Below are positions 11,610 to 23,700 of a DNA stretch of 64,000 nucleotides, in pieces. How positions within the stretch are numbered: the first letter of the stretch is position 1; each line of letters starts with the position of its first letter. The stretch covers positions 7,732,761 through 7,796,760 of the forward strand of contig SMSO01000031.1 in the NCBI GenBank assembly GCA_004764695.1, read 5' to 3'. The stretch is from Schizochytrium sp. TIO01. Taxonomy: Eukaryota > Protista > Bigyra: Labyrinthulomycetes. The notes under the pieces were generated by a model, which did no database searches, had not been told where the DNA came from, and saw only the letters and a list, made by a program, of their open reading frames with translations. Both the position numbers and the translations under genes were made by a program.

Positions 11610-14133
11610 GATTTATTCCAAATACCCATTCTATTCTCGCATTGCGAAGTTTTTAAAGTGCCCACTTACCATAAAAGAATAGTAACTTTCAAGTCTTTAT
11701 AGAAAAGCGCAACAAAAATCGAAAACAAACAGATTAATTAATATCCTCATACTGTAGTACAAAAAGGGACGGCACAGAGGTATACATACATACATGTATG
11801 TATGTATGTATGAATGCATGTATGTGTATGCATCCTCGATGAGCGCAGGCCCTTCTAAGCTGTAGTCTAGGCTGCGCTAGAGTGGCGCAAGCTTTGAGCT
11901 AGATTAAAAAACATTTAATCGATGAATTAGCTAGGTAATTAATTAATTAATTAATTAACTAATTAATTAAAACTTTAATTTTATCATAATCATAAATCTT
12001 AGCAAACGCAGTCCTAGGGAGTACGCTAGAGAGTGCATAAGACTGGCTGCACGTATCAGAAGATCCCTTTGATTCATAGACTCTCTTTCTCTTTCTTTCT
12101 TTCTTACTTTCTTTCTTCCTTGCTTTCTTACTTTCGCTGCAGATGCTAGAAAACAAGAGATGTGAACGGGCTCAGGAAAGCGATGCAGCGATGGACAGCT
12201 TCGAAGGAAGAGCTCTTTCGCGGCAGAGCTCTTCGAATGCGTACTCTGAAAGGACCGCTCGCTCGACTCTCCAGAAAAGCCTCGAGTTTCGAGACAAAAC
12301 GAAAGCAATTAGACAGCAAGAACAAGAACAACGCCTGCTGCTCTGTCAACTGCCACTGCTGTAGTTTAGGGTAGGTGCGCCGTTAGAGACTCTTTCGATC
12401 AAGGCCGCTTTGTGTTTATAAATTTTATTTTAAAAAAAAAAGAAAGAAGGGAAAATTAACATCAAACAATTTTTATTTATTTCTGGGCCCTTCGTTTCTT
12501 TCCCGCGGCGGAGGAATCTTCGCTGTAGACTGAAGTGAGGACTGCGTATCGCGGCCGTAGGCTCGCGGTCGCGATGCGCCTCAGCCTAATGGGCTCCAAT
12601 CAGACGCGCGAGTTCTATTTTTCTGCCCTTCATCTCAGCTTCTTCTTCCTTTTTATTTAAAACGAATTCCCATTCTCATTCTTTTTTCCATTCAAGTTTT
12701 GACTCTTTTTTCAATTTTGCTTCCACGCGCCTCAAAGTTCTAATACCAGAACCCCAAAGGCCTATTAGCGCTGCCTCAACCCCTAGGACGTCCCTTTAGA
12801 GATAACATTGGAAGTATCGCCGGAAAATAACCTATGTAGAATTCGTATGAAACGCCGACGAGCAGAGAGGGGCGGACCTCGACGATCGGCTGCATGTGCC
12901 TGCAATGGATATCAACGCGCGGGGCGGGTCAAGATATGGCACGCTTCTTCTGCTGAAGAAGCAGGTCAAAGCAGTTCGAAGGTAACCTATCAAAAACGGT
13001 TTGCAAAACGTGCAATTATTTGTTTGCATTGGTGACAACGTTGGGCCAAAGACAATTCTCAAACCAGAGAATTAGTCCACGCCACTGGAAGCGGGAAAGC
13101 TCGGCTTGGCGGATGGATGGGCACTTGGCGGAAGCCGACGAATGACACGGCATTCGAGCTGTCGTGGCTTTGATCCACCTCGTTGACGTGCCGAGTTTTT
13201 CAGATTTAGGTGAAAGGATGGATAGATAGATAGTTTGCACAGAGACGTTATTTGGTTATAACGCGATCATAGGTCCAATAGGATAGATAAGGCAAATAAC
13301 TGCCGCACAGATGAATGAATGAATGAGTAAATGATCATCAGAAACAACTCCTTCACTCGATAATTGGGGGAGACCATGAATGTTTGCGCGAGGAATTGGG
13401 TTTATTTGATTGCTGGGTATATATATAGGTTGCTCCTGCTTCGCGTAAAGGTCAAGAATCGAAAAACTAGCTTGGTATCTAAATGAGCAATAACGAAGGA
13501 CTAAGGTTGATAGTGACCTGGATGGATCGCGTCTTCTTTTTACAATAGGCTATGAAACGGCGGAAGTGTTGAGGGCTAAATAGGCACAGGCATGAGGTAG
13601 AGCCGCCAATGATAAGAGCACATAGGTATTAAGTAGGTGCATACTTTGAAGAATTAGTAGCAGAGTAGAACTATAGAACTATGGCCACGTGAGAGTGAAC
13701 CATGATAAGTATTAGTGAAGTATAATAACAGAAGACAGTATCTAGATAGGTTAGGTAACTACTGTTACGATGGTGCTGTTTGCTAATTATTTCTCAAATA
13801 ATAAAGTTTATGATGATAGATTACAGCTTGGGCAAGTATCACAAGCAATTCGAACTTGAATGGTGCGCTATTTCAGTTTGACAATATCTAGAAGCGTCAA
13901 AATAAAGAGAAGACAGTTGAAATATATATCTCGCTTGCAATAAGGAGTGAGTTGCAAATATTATTGAAGTTTTTAGAGGTCAAAGCACCTTTTTTAATTG
14001 CTACGATATAGATCCACCGTGTACGCAAACAATCAATAGGAAGGAACAGCAATTGAAATTAGCTGGTATATCATGATGCAAAACAAAAAAACAAGATTCG
14101 GTGTGCTGAACAGATCGCGAGAATCAGGCTAAA

Positions 14134-15273
14134 TTAAAAGCCAGTCTTGTCCCAAGGCATCCTAACAATAAAGTTTTGCAGCCAGCTGCCAATGTAAAGG
14201 TAATCACCAACCTTTTCGGCCTCCGAACAAAATCCCATACTTCCAGTGGGATCCTGTACACTGGAAATGATCTCGCCCTTCTCGAGATCCAGGCGGAGAA
14301 CCATGCTATGCACAGGCATGAGAGGAATAATGTAATGTTGGTTCTGTCCTAAGACAAAGAGCAGTACCTCCCGAAGCGTAGGGTATGGCGCGAGAAAGTC
14401 CAAAAGGGCAAAAGGTTTGGTGCGCCGGCCACCGCAAGCAAGAAGATACGTTTTACCATCCGGATGACGCCGAATGTTATCAGGAACACATGGTAGGTTA
14501 TCAATAGCCTTGCCCTCAAATTGGGTCGTCTTACGGTTCCATGAGTGTATAGCTGGACCAGAGACAAAATAAACGCGCTCACGGTCATGGGAAAGGGTTA
14601 ACCCATTTGTCATGGTCATGTTGGTTACCAAGACAGTTTTCTCTCCAGTCTTCCGGTCTAGATGAAGCATCGAGGCATGGTGCTTGGCTGCAACAACCTC
14701 GATAACCACACGATTACGTCCCCATCGAGGGCTACTCTCTGTAAAGTAAATATCATCTCCATCAAAATCAAAGTCGTTGGCGAACTTAGACCCAGTTGAA
14801 AGTGCACGAATCTCACGAGTGTCAAGATCAATGCTGCGAAGGCCAGAGTAGGCATCAATCACCAAGAGAGCATTGTTATCCTCATCGACACGCATGCCAA
14901 GTGGTCTTCCGCAGATAGGCTCCATCATATGGTCATACTCGGCGTAGGTCTTAGCCTTATGTGCCTGAGAATTGACGCACGTTGGGTTCAACCACGTAAA
15001 AATTTCCTTGTGAGAAGGGTCTTTAAACCGGATAATCTGGCCATTCATGAGACCCGTATAAATCCACCCTGTCCGAGAGTCTGCGGTAATAGACTCAGGG
15101 CCCAATGCCTCTCCTTCAAAGATTCTCTCGCCATACTTGAGCATAAGATCGTTGTGCTCCAGCGTCGGAAGTGGCGAAGGCGGTGTCCATTCCTCAGCAC
15201 CAACGCCATACATGACAGAGATGCCCGTGAACCCGGCCACAAAGAGCGCAAAGAGGATCGCTTGCAGTAACAT
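14134..15273 (-). CDS. Strictosidine-synthase-like / APMAP-like six-bladed beta-propeller hydrolase with N-terminal membrane anchor (~379 aa)
   Basis: Motifs GPES, CGRPLG, DAYSGL, FAND, YFTESS, NGLTLSHD, LPCVPDNI and SEAE...LYIGS, with an N-terminal hydrophobic segment. The track start at 15312 is TTG. The first ATG (accATG context) is at 15273. Confidence 0.88.
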   Translation of the reverse strand: MLLQAILFALFVAGFTGISVMYGVGAEEWTPPSPLPTLEHNDLMLKYGERIFEGEALGPESITADSRTGWIYTGLMNGQIIRFKDPSHKEIFTWLNPTCVNSQAHKAKTYAEYDHMMEPICGRPLGMRVDEDNNALLVIDAYSGLRSIDLDTREIRALSTGSKFANDFDFDGDDIYFTESSPRWGRNRVVIEVVAAKHHASMLHLDRKTGEKTVLVTNMTMTNGLTLSHDRERVYFVSGPAIHSWNRKTTQFEGKAIDNLPCVPDNIRRHPDGKTYLLACGGRRTKPFALLDFLAPYPTLREVLLFVLGQNQHYIIPLMPVHSMVLRLDLEKGEIISSVQDPTGSMGFCSEAEKVGDYLYIGSWLQNFIVRMPWDKTGF

Positions 15274-16870
15274 GGTGGATGGTTCGAACTCACTATGGGT
15301 ATACCAAAGCAAATACGTTGCCTTTGTTGAGTATTTGCTCCAGTTTTGATTCGTGAATATAGCTTGAGGAATAAGATGAAAAATCTTCCTTTATATCTTT
15401 AAGTTGTTTTCTTGATTCTATTATTTTCCCTATAACGGGCTATGTATCAGAAATAAACGCGAGTATGAGAGATGTAGAGACTGCAGACCTGAATCAAAAT
15501 CACAGCAAGAACAGTGTTGGCGATGACATGTACACAGCTGGAGGTAATGAGACAGGTCTTCCACTTAAAGACAAGCAATTGTTGCTCTTTTAACTTGAAT
15601 TCTTACCCAAGCTAAAAGACTTCAATAGTCGTCTAGGTAGGTACCACATAGGTACTTGGGTAATTTTCTTTTTGCAAAAAAAAGACATATACGCAATAAT
15701 TACCTTTTGTTAACATATTCATATGTCGTTTCCCAATGCAATATGATTAGAAAAGTATGGTAGTTGGTTTCGCTTGCTGCTTGGCATTCTCACAGCTGTT
15801 GCCTGTATTATTGATAAATGATTCTTGTCTTCCATCACTTCTTGAGGCTTTATGACTTTCTAGATGGTTATGATCTGGTTGTTGATAGGTTTAACATTAA
15901 ATTATGGTACGGTTAGTGAGCTTGCAAGCTAATTTTCAACTTATAACAGTACTTTCACATGACTCTTTGTTGAGAGTTTTTTAAATACAACAGATAAAAA
16001 GTTCAAGCAGGAAATCGTAGCATTCAATACAATACTTGACAAATCTGGAACAAGTATCTCACTGCATTCTCAAAGAAACAGCCGCTGCGAGTTTCAACTT
16101 CTGGCTATTAACGACTGTTACCTGGGCCAGTGTCTTTATCATTATTATCCTTTTATAAATTGAGTCATAGTTGAAAGTTAAAATGAAAGTTGAAAGTACC
16201 TCTACTTTTGAGCTGATTTGATGTTACAGTTCAGGGCAGTACAGAGTTCTGGATGGTCTCATTCGAAGAGGTTATAGCCTGGTTGACGGCTATATCGCAT
16301 CTCTGCTTGTCTAAGCTTTTCATGGTGTCTTTATGTGTAGACTGGACTTGCTTCTTGCGAGGTCAGCCGACGTTGCGAAGTTCTGTGTATTTGGTAGCTT
16401 GTAGAAAGTATTCTTCCTAGTGAGACTTGATAAAATGAAATTGTTTCCGAGGGCTCATCGGCCACATTTTGTGATATAGGCCGGATTTAAAATATATAAG
16501 AGATTACCTTCTCTTTTCAGGACATTTTAAGTAGGCAGAAAATCTGAGATCTGGTATCTGAAGCCTTTTTGGTCAAAGATAGCAAAATCCAATTATCAGC
16601 ACGTGCTCTCCACCTCTCCACTTTGTCCCTTGAGAACTGCAGCGCTCGGGAAGTGGAACTAGACATAAGGATTGATTTAAATTAGGGCCAGGGTTTTATG
16701 CTATGGCAGCTGCTTCCAGTTAGATGATAAGTGGAGCGAAACGATGGGGTAATAGTGTTTGCTCCTTCTTAATGATTAAAAAAATAAAATTCACCTTCTC
16801 TATTTCACGATGGCAAGGCAGGCTAGGCTATATGTATATTTCACAGAAGGGTTACACGAGCATTTACAGA

Positions 16871-17539
16871 TTAAATTGAAGCACCATAAACATTATCTAG
16901 CATCGTCTCAAACATCTTGAAGGAGTTATTGGACAGGCTCGCCGCGTTCTTCGTTTGTTTTGAAGACTTCTTCTTTCCCTTTGCCTTTGATTTGGATTTT
17001 GACATCTTCTTTTTGGGAGATGACTTCTTCACAGTTGGTGAGCTTCTGTAGCCTGAGCTTGGGGAGAGTGCTCTTGCGACATCCTCAACACGAGGCACAG
17101 GTACAAGCTCATCAACAAAGCCTTCTGGTCCATACTCATCTGCACGACCAGATCGAGGACTTGACATCCCAGCAAATTCAGCTTCAAGTCTACCAACGAG
17201 CTCAACCTTTGTTTTAATGAGTGATTTTAGTTTTCGCGTGGACTTGCCATCGGGGCGCAAAAGATCCATGTCCTCTGGGTCATCAAATTGTGTACGAATG
17301 CCTGTGTGCCGTAGATCGGGTACAATCACTGGCTGGATGAGCAAAGGTTTCCAGTACTCTGTTCCATGCAATGCATCTCGTGGGGCAACGTTGATTCTGT
17401 CTAGGTATGGTTTTCGTTTTGCCGCAGCCTTCCTTGATTTTGGTCTTTGCGCCAGATCTCCTGTTGTACTGTTTACCGCTGCCTTTTTCATCGCTTGTCT
17501 TCCCGTAGCCTTTGATACAGGTCTGTGTTGTTCTGCAGT

Positions 17540-17579
<40 letters not shown>

Positions 17580-17611
17580 GCAGAAGCGCTCCGCGACATA
17601 GGCTCTGCCAT
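16871..17611 (-). CDS. Hypothetical protein (~246 aa): N-terminal poly-Ala, Lys/Ser-rich basic C-terminal region
   Basis: Uninterrupted ORF with protein-like composition. First ATG at 17611 (the track start 17620 is GTG, and an in-frame stop lies just upstream). No family recognised. Confidence 0.65.
17534..17587. repeat. (GCA)n coding trinucleotide repeat encoding the poly-Ala tract
   Basis: gcagtagcagcagtagcagcagcagcagcagcagca..., inside the 16871-17611 ORF. Confidence 0.85.
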
Positions 17612-18585
17612 GTTTCCCACAATCTCAGGCGAGAGAATAGTTTATTTAAGAAGGTAGCTACAACCACGTTGCGTTGACCTCCAGCCTAGGTCTTCGCCTC
17701 CAAAGGAATATGAGTTCTTCTCGCCCTTGTGTTCTGCCAGATCCCGTGCACCAAGCTCAGTTTCTCTTCAACTTGTTGCATTCTAAGCAGCAATCCGTTG
17801 ATGATAAATTGCACTGCTGACGTCAGCACATGTAATATTTGCACACCTACACGAATTAAGATTTTATTTACAAGACTGTGTAAATTGGCTAAATGCGTAA
17901 AAGTCTACCTGTTATCCCGTGTACAGGGTGTTAAATGATGAGTGAGCCTTTTAAATGAAACTAAGTATTACCTATACACAAGAAGGAAGTATGATGTTTA
18001 CCTAATCTACTGTAGTCATTCTTTAATTTTTAATTTAAAAATCAAAATCATGATAATAATAACATTAAAAAAACAATAATAAAATCAAAAACCTAGAAAT
18101 CAAAATAGTAAAAAATTGCGCTGAGGCTTGTTTGCGCAGTCTGAGAATTTGTCAGGGCTAGCAGACTCCAATCGATTTGTGCACAGGGACGCAACTGGGA
18201 GGCTGCATGCTTGACCCCAGACTCAAGGCGACAAAGGAAGCCTCCCCTCGTATTTGGGGCCACACAGAACTGGCTTGGTGTGAGCTTTGCGTGAGGTCTG
18301 ATCTTGAAAGTGCCTTGATTAATTGTTAAGATCACTGACGACGCGTCGAAAACGTTTTTATCGCTGTGTAACTCAAACGAACCGACGATAGTCACTCACG
18401 AATATCTTCTTCACCGTGAGTCTTTGTGCACTAGTTGAGAGATCTGAGCTGGGTTGTATCTGACAAAAGTCTTTATTTGTAAAATTGCTTGGAATAAAGT
18501 AACTTCTAGGCTTTGCTTGTTGCGATTATTTTTGAGGGGAAAATTGCAAAGCCACACAGAAAATATACCGTGCATTCAAGGCATC
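17612..18585. promoter_or_regulatory. Probable divergent promoter/5' UTR region shared by the hypothetical gene (-) and the Rieske desaturase (+)
   Basis: Head-to-head starts about 1 kb apart, with an AT-rich tract at ~18020-18120. Transcription starts are not visible from sequence. Confidence 0.45.
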
Positions 18586-20162
18586 ATGATGCGGTTGAGC
18601 GAGGCCATGAAAGTCGCTGAAGAATGGCTAGAGGAGGCTGAGACATGGCAGATTGTATTTGCGGCTGGCGTTGTGTTATATTCAATTCTTCTTATTCTCA
18701 CACGGCGCCGCAGAATCAAAACGCATGACTACTATCGGGCGGATAACCCGCTGACAGCCAAGGTTAAAGCCAAAATGTTTCCACCACCGTACCCGAACGG
18801 TTGGTTCCGAATCTGTGGCTCTTCAGATATCGACCATGGAAAGATTAAATCAGTCTCAGCGCTCGGCCGTGAATTTGTAGTATTTCGTGGCAAGGATGGA
18901 GAAGCTGGTGTTCTTGATGCATTTTGTCCTCATCTTGGCGCTCATCTTGGTCAAGGGGGAATTATTGAGAATGGGCTTATTCGGTGCCCTTTCCATCATT
19001 GGAAATTCGACACTCAGGGCCGGGCTCAAGAAATTCCATATTGTAAGACAGCGGTTCCAGAACGCGCAAAAACAAAGTCGTGGCTTACGAAGGAGTTTCT
19101 TGGCATGATTTTCATTTGGTTTCATGCCGAGCCTGAAAAACAACACAACCCCGATTGGGAACTTGAGCACCACAAAGATTGCTTGCCCGAGACTGGAAAA
19201 TACCTTGTTACAGAACGCCAAATGGAGTTCAACATGCATGTAAGTTATTTCAATGAACTATCGACTTGGAAGGCCATAGTAGATAGATAAACTTGGACGA
19301 AAAAACAGAAAGATATGAAAAACAAAAAAAAATCAAATGTGCAAAGGTGTCCTGTATACCTAATTGAGTAGAGCTAGAAATCTCACATAACGTGTTTTGC
19401 TGTTGCATGGAAAATAGATCCTCGAAATGAGTCTAAATAGCCAAGATTATTATCATTTCCAGACCCTGCACGCGCAAATCCCGTTGTGGCCTCTGGATAC
19501 AAAGTACAGCCCAATCCGTGGTGTGCATGAAGTAAAAGCGCGCTATTTCGAGGATGCGGACCCCAAAGCACCTCATTGCTGCCTCTTTCGGGAGCGAATG
19601 AAGAAAATCTTGCTGTTCAACAGGTTCTCTATTGTCCCGGAGTTCTTTCTCAACAGTATTGATGTCAATGTTGTGTTTGAAGGACCATCCATTTTGCACT
19701 TCAAGATCGATACAGTGCTTGGGACCATGCGTCTCATCAAAACCTTGCTACCGTGTCCTGCTCGGCCCGAGGGTAACCCGTCCGGTCGCAACCCTTCCCA
19801 CCATGTCAATGTTCAGTCCCGCTGGTTTGCGGACCCTACTGTTCCGCGCCCGCTTGCGTATATTATGTCCATTCTTGCTGCGCGAGCTTTGGAGCAGGAT
19901 CGCGAATGTTGGGGTAAGTTGTTTCTTTCGCCACTCCACTTTATTATAACGCGTCTTGGAGTTCTGATAGACGGCAACCTTTAATACTAACGCCTCATCG
20001 AGCAAAACACCCGATTGGATAAAAACAGAAAACAAGACTTTTCGCGACCCAGCATGTCTGGTTGCTGGCGACGGACCCTATGTTTCGTACAAGAAGTGGT
20101 ATGTTGGCCAGTTCTACTCAAAGTCCAGTCGGCAAGCAGCAGAAGACCCACTAGATTGGTAG
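18586..20162 (+). CDS. nvd: Rieske-domain sterol C7(8)-desaturase (Neverland/DAF-36/Des7 family); 3 exons 18586-19239, 19418-19913, 20029-20162; 427 aa
   Basis: N-terminal TM helix, PPPYPNGWF, Rieske motif C-P-H-X17-C-P-F-H and mononuclear Fe motif N-x2-D-x2-H-x4-H (NSQDYYHFQTLH). Splicing GTAAGT..AG introns (19240-19417 phase 0; 19914-20028 phase 1, TACTAAC at 19985) restores EQDRECWENK...KKWYVGQFYSKSS...LDW*, the family C-terminus. Confidence 0.9.
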
Positions 20163-20793
20163 AGGTCGTCTTTGCCTTTGTTTCATCAGTGGATTTCATC
20201 GTGATTTAGATCATGCTTACAGTTTTCTTAGCTGTTAGACAAGTAGGTGCAGGTGCAAGACCTAGGCCACAAAGCCACTTTCGCATGAATTGAAGTAAAC
20301 CAAAATAAGGATTTCCCGTTCTTGCGTACATAGTTACTTGCAGAGTGCTCACAAAGCTATCTCAGTATGTATACACTTGCTTATGCATACTGTAGCCGAG
20401 GTATAATACTTAACGAAGAGACATTGTAAAACGGTGCACATTTTGGCAATGAAGCTTCACTAATTTATAAATATCTTGCTTGCGCAAGGCTCAAACCTCT
20501 GAAGGACAAAAGCAAAGAGTATCTTAGATCAGAATCGTCACCTGCTTCTCCCTAAATCATAAAATCGGAAATTGAGATTCAGAAATAATTCCATGCGTAT
20601 AGGCCTACTTTGAATTATTAGCGATGAACAACTTATCTTCCTTCATTAAATAAATGTCAAGACTCAGCCAATTAAGCCAAAAGCTATGAAAGAGATGTTA
20701 TGAGATGAAAATGATATTTGATGGTGATAATTCTACAAAAAAAATGGTAATCGTTGGGCGGATTCTCTGCCCTGCATTCCCCCATAAGTTGAT

Positions 20794-23700
20794 TTAACGC
20801 TTAAGGAAGGACACGTAAGTGTAAGCAAGGATAGTGACAATACGCCAGCCAGCAGCGAAGCCTGCAAGAGCTCCAATACAGAACTTCCAATCATGGGCCT
20901 CAAATCCAAAGGTTTCCTGAGTGTAGCCCCAAGCGGTGAGATCAACATCAGTGAGCTGGTTGCAGCCAGGTGAGTTTGTAGTGGAAGGGTCGTCGCATGC
21001 AAGTTCGGCTGAGACGAGAGCATTGAGAGAGTAACGCAGCGGGTTGATGGTAGATAACCAGTACCACTGAGGGGGGATGTCACGGACTGCAATCATAAGT
21101 CCTGCAGTAATAGACCAGATACCGAAGCAAAGTGCACCAAAAACAGTAGCAACCTGCTCATTAGGAGCAATTGTGGAGAAGAGGTGGCCCAAGAAGGTGA
21201 GTGCGGTCTGCAGAAGCACGTAAGTTCCCCACCAGGTCCAGAATGCAGTCACGTTAATCCACAACTTCACAATGAAGTAGAAGACAGGCACAAAGATACA
21301 GGCCGAAAAGATAATGTAAGGAAGCTCAACGCAGGTGATAGCAATGACCATTGGTGCAACGCTGTAGTAAGAAGCGGCGCGCTCACGGTAAAAGGGTGCA
21401 CGTTCAGCCATAATGGTAGGAATTGCAGTGTTCACAGCAATAACACCCATAAAGACAGACGCCATAAACATGAGACCGACAAAACTCTGGACATCAGATG
21501 CAACCGAGAGCTCATCACCATTCTTGAAGAAGGAAAATCCAAAGAAGAGAGAGACGAAAACAGCAATGAAGATACGGGTAGTGTTGTACGAAGGGTTACG
21601 CCAGTATGCACGCATCCAACGCAGGAAGAGCTGATCAGCTTGGGTCTTGAAGTCACTTGCGAAACGCTCCTTAAAGTGGATTTCAGGGCGTTCAGACAGG
21701 TTGTTCTGTACAATCTCTTCAATTCTGGCGTCAGTGGCCTTGCGGATGTCACTCTCCTTGTACTGTTCGTGATAGTCGACAGAAGATTTGCCGGCATTCT
21801 TTCCAATAGCCTCGAGCATGTAAGTCGCAGGGTTGTAACGAGGGTTAGGCATACCAGGAGTTCCAGGAATAGCAGCCAGGTAGTCGAGCAGAGTCTTGGA
21901 TTTCTCACCGAGGTCGCCAAAGTACACCATCTCACCACCACGACGCAGAAGAAGAAGACGGTCAAACTTGGTAAAGATATCCTTGGAAGGCTGGTGAATA
22001 GTGCAAATAACAGTACGGTTAGCACGGGCAATGCGTTCCAAACAGTCCATTACAACACGTGCAGAGCTAGCATCAAGACCGGAGGTAGGTTCATCAGCAA
22101 AAATAATGGCAGGGTTGGCAGCAAGCTCGACACCGATGGTGACACGCTTGGCCTGCTCGGTACTCAAACCACCCTCAGTCTTGTGTCCAATCATAAAATC
22201 ACGGATAGGGTTAAGCTGCAAGGTGTCGATGACGTTTTCGACGAACTTCTCCTTCTCATCGCGGGGAACATCCTTGGGTTGACGGAGAAGAGCAGAAAAG
22301 AGAATAGCTTCAGCAACGGTGGCAGTGGGACTGTGAATATCGTTCTGCTCGACGTAACCAACAATGCGGGAGAAGGTAATCTTCTCCTGAGGGCGACCAT
22401 TGACCAACACATCACCGGTAATCTTACCGCTGGTTTTACGAAGTGCAAGAACATCGAGAAGGGTGGATTTACCAGCACCACTGCTTCCCATCAGAGCAGT
22501 GAGAGTTCCAGATTCTGCATATCCAGATACGCCCTTGAGCAAGTTAAGGTTGAACTCGCCCTTCTTGTCTTCGGGTCCCTGAACGGCATACCAGAGGTCA
22601 CGAAATACCAAATCGACAGGAACAAATCGCTCGGAGTTAAGAGTTGTGTCAATGCGAACTGCGTAGCTCTCACCACGGATATTGGAGCCAAGTTTGGAGG
22701 AGGCGTTACGCTCGTTAGCGAGATTGCGGGAAGAAAGGCCAGACATGAGACGTTCAACTTCGGCAACATCTGGGTTGTTGGTCTCTTCTGCGTTAGGGCT
22801 GGACTTGGTCTGGCGGCTTCCAGAGTTCTCAAAACGAACCTTCTCGTAGCCCCAGGTGCTGAGAAAAGTGTCTACGACCATAAAGCCAATGAGCATGAGG
22901 ATACCTGCCCAGAGATAGTTGCTGTCATCGGTGAAGGAGAAGAGACCCAGGGCGTAGGCTTGTTGACCAGCAGTAAAGGCCTTAGACTGGAAGATGACCA
23001 AGACTGCGGAGCGATAAGCCCATGAAATAGGCGTAATCCAGTAAATCCAAATGAACCAAGGAGGCATGGTATCCTGAGTGATGATGAATCCACTGAAGAG
23101 AATACAAGCTGAGATAGAGATACCAGCAATGACTTGACCGATGGCAGCTGACGGGGACAGTGTTGCGACAGCTCGGAGCCAGGCAGAAAACGAAAGGTTA
23201 ATGCAAATCATGACCACAACAAAAAGCATGAAGCGACCACCAACATCAGATTCACCGGTTGGAGTATCGTCACCCCATGGAACAACCCTGGAGAGCCAGA
23301 AGATGAGTGTACTGAGGATGATTGCCTCGAAAACAATGATGGGAATGACAGTAATAGACTCAGCAAGGACATAGTTGATGGTGCGGAAGAAGTAGCTGGA
23401 GCTCTGCTTGTAATAAACCGGGCGCTGGTCGAGAACGATGGGCACTTGAGCCATACCAGCAAGTGCACATTGGAGAAGAGCACTAAAGATGAGACCATAA
23501 CGTTGGGTCACAAGAGTGTTGTTTCCATCAGCGAAGCTCTCCGGAAGGTCGCTGCCAAGATTGAGGAAGAGCGTTCCAATAATGACACCCATAATGATAG
23601 CTTGCATTGCTCGCGCCCTAAGAAAAGCTGGGTCACGTGACACGAGTTGCCACTGGCGCTTCAACACCAACTGGAAATCTTCACAGCAGCTAGTGGAGTA

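Noticed and set aside
21184-23025. 613-aa antisense ORF (also 23647-24579, 49848-50687 and 58511-59782)
   Set aside because: All lie opposite the ABCG CDSs, and their boundaries are not conserved between paralogues.
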